DNA of 64,000 nt from Ginglymostoma cirratum (lineage: Eukaryota): positions 17,441,653 to 17,505,652 of the forward strand of contig JAHRHZ010000031.1 in the NCBI GenBank assembly GCA_024137785.1, written 5' to 3'. Below the pieces are notes generated by a model. The model saw only the letters and a program-made list of their open reading frames with translations. It was not told the origin of the DNA and did not search any database. Of the stretch, positions 62,035 through 64,000 are shown in pieces. The first letter of the stretch is position 1. Each line of letters starts with the position of its first letter. Position numbers and translations under genes: made by a program.

Positions 62035-62300
62035 ATCCCACTTTGCAGCCCTTCTTAATTTGTCTATTTTTGCAGCTCTCATCTTCGATTCCTGCCCCAC
62101 TTTGTAAGCCCCCTTCATTCATCTTCCACCCCACAGCTCTTCTCCATCTGTCTCTTGACCTTTGCAGCTCCTCTCTCTCCCCTTTTGGGCCCTCCAGTCA
62201 CAATCCTTGGGCCCTAGCCTTAACAGCCTCATGACGGCCTCAACTTTGCTCCTCACATCACCACCACCAGCACTGGCCCCATGCCTCGTTACCCAGCCCT
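62035..62300 (+). repeat. Degenerate pyrimidine-rich array (ctttgcagc motif)
   Basis: ctttgcagccc, ttttgcagctc, ctttgtaagcc, ctttgcagctc at ~30-60 bp spacing. Confidence 0.45.
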
Positions 62301-62569
62301 TAACCTCAGTTCTTCTTCCCACCCACTGTGGCTACCTGTTGCATTGCTGGTGCAGTAAGATGAGTGGCAACAATCACAGGGTGTGTCACTCCCAGATTTG
62401 CTGCTGATGGGTTCACCGTGAAATAATTACAGCAATTGTGGGATAGAACAAACCTGGGATGGGATGAGCAGCTCTTCACCATTACCTTCCATTCAGTTTT
62501 TGGTAGGGGTTGAGACAGAGTGAGGAATGCAAAATTTTTCCGATGGAATGGCGGCTAAAGGTTGATCCT

Positions 62570-62680
62570 CGTTCTTCAAATATTGGCAAGGCATCTTTTA
62601 TATCCACCTTTTAAGGCCAAGGTTCTTACGTCATTTAAGACGGTTGTCTCCAACAAAGCAGTACATAGTGGGAGTGACAA
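62570..62680 (-). mobile_element. DeuSINE-core-like remnant
   Basis: Minus strand gtactgctttgttggagacaaccgtctt...aggtggatataaaagatgcc...tatttgaagaa resembles the Deu domain as recalled. Confidence 0.5.
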
Positions 62681-62699
62681 CCGATTATTGTTGGCGTAT

Positions 62700-63020
62700 T
62701 AGAGACCCAGGTAACTTTCTGGGGGGCTGAGTTCAAATCCCTGCTTGGCAGATAGTGGAATGTGGGTTCAACTAAAAATAAATCTGGAATTCAGGGTCTA
62801 ATGATGATCATGAAACTGTGTCATTTGTCAGAAAAATCTATCTGGTTCACTAATGTCATTTAGGGAAGGATATCTGTTGTCCTTACCTGGTCCAGCTAAA
62901 TGTGACTCCAGACCCAAAGAGACGTGTTTGACTCTGAACTGCCCTCTGGGCAATTAGCATTGGACAATAAATGCTGGCCTCGTCGGTGATGCTCAAACCC
63001 CATGAATGAACAAAAATAAA
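62700..63020 (+). mobile_element. tRNA-derived SINE (second family)
   Basis: B-box gagttcaaatcc; tail gggcaattag...aataaatgctggcc...ccccatgaatgaacaaaaa shared with the LINE at 10550. Confidence 0.7.
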
Positions 63021-63404
63021 CACGGCTTCAGTACTACATAAAAATGTCAACCTCAATTTATGGAAGCAAGTCAAAGTCTTCAAAACCTGAAGAAGTATTC
63101 CAAGAGTCAGAAGTCTACAGCATGGAAACTGACCCTTTGGCCCAACTTATCCATGCCACCCAGTTTTAAAAATCAACCTCTAAGGATTTTCTTTCCACTA
63201 CTGCAGAGTTTATCAATTTTTTTAATAGGTAAAATCATTGTTATTTCAAGGGAAAACTCATTTTGGTCATGCCGTCTAATTATTTAAGGGAATATGTTAG
63301 ACAACGAAAGAATGGACTTTATTCAAACAATCCAATGAGCAGTGAGGGACTGGGCATAATAAAAAAAATTACAAATTTATTTAGTCTTTAAACACTTTTC
63401 TTAC

Positions 63405-63493
63405 CTTCTTAAATATGGATGCTGGGGCCATTTCTGCTCCATTTAGTGTTCGCAACAGAAACATTGGCCAGGATGAGGCATTCATTCTGAATC
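63405..63493 (-). CDS. scml2: SCML2-like exon (first in window; MBT region), (G)FRMNASSWPMFLLRTLNGAEMAPASIFKK
   Basis: 89 nt, acceptor gaacag|GA, donor AAG|gtaag; near-identical to the vertebrate SCML2/SCMH1 MBT segment as I recall it. Upstream exons lie outside the window. Confidence 0.95.
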
Positions 63494-64000
63494 CTGTTCA
63501 CTCGTATAAAAAAAAACAAACGAAACAAACACGAACAAACAAATCAGTTAGCCTTCCAAAGTACTCCATACATATAACTGTCATATAGCAGAAAGGTCCA
63601 CTCCAAGTAACATTTCATATGCCCAGGAGAGCAATGGGATCTCAATTTCACCTGGAATGCCAATGAAACTTTCGTACGGATGAAGTTCTACCCCGTACAA
63701 GGATGTACCTCTGTGATTAATTTTGCAGTGTCAGAGTCAAGGCCATTCACATGTCTACAATATGTTCTCTAGCATCTGACGGGGTCCATCAGAGCTTGGC
63801 AAAGCAGTCTGCAGCTGGTGGCCTCTGTCAGCTGAAAAACCACTTCTAAAAGGGTCCTTTTTTTTTTTAAACAACAAAAGAATCTTTTGCAAATTGCCCA
63901 GAGGAACCAAACCCCTTTCAACAGCCTCATTCAAAAACCTTAATTGGAGGTTTGGTCCAGAGACAATTCTAACTGGTAATAGTAGATGTAGTGTCATCAA

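Overview
Vertebrate genomic DNA, very probably a shark or other cartilaginous fish (HE1-type SINEs, HER1/CR1 LINEs). The minus strand carries the 3' part of a Polycomb Sex-comb-on-midleg gene, best matching SCML2. Ten GT-AG exons from 63493 down to the stop at 7906 join in phase to give about 599 aa (MBT repeat region, basic RBR-like region, SLED/DUF3588, SAM), followed by a 3' UTR of about 1.3 kb. The gene's 5' end lies beyond the window. Introns are filled with decayed CR1 LINEs, a second LINE family, several SINE families and Penelope-like elements (PLEs) of at least three families; a Gypsy remnant lies downstream of the gene. The most striking non-genic signal is about a dozen PLE terminal-repeat (pLTR) derivatives carrying minimal hammerhead-ribozyme motifs (CUGANGA-stem II-GAAAC-GUC). 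They occur as ~200-bp fold-back hairpins and ~100-bp solo units, several with 10-15 bp target-site duplications, and their 5' ends or fold-back points repeatedly fall at the hammerhead core. A 400-N gap lies at 42775-43174. All calls were made by eye; repeat boundaries are approximate.
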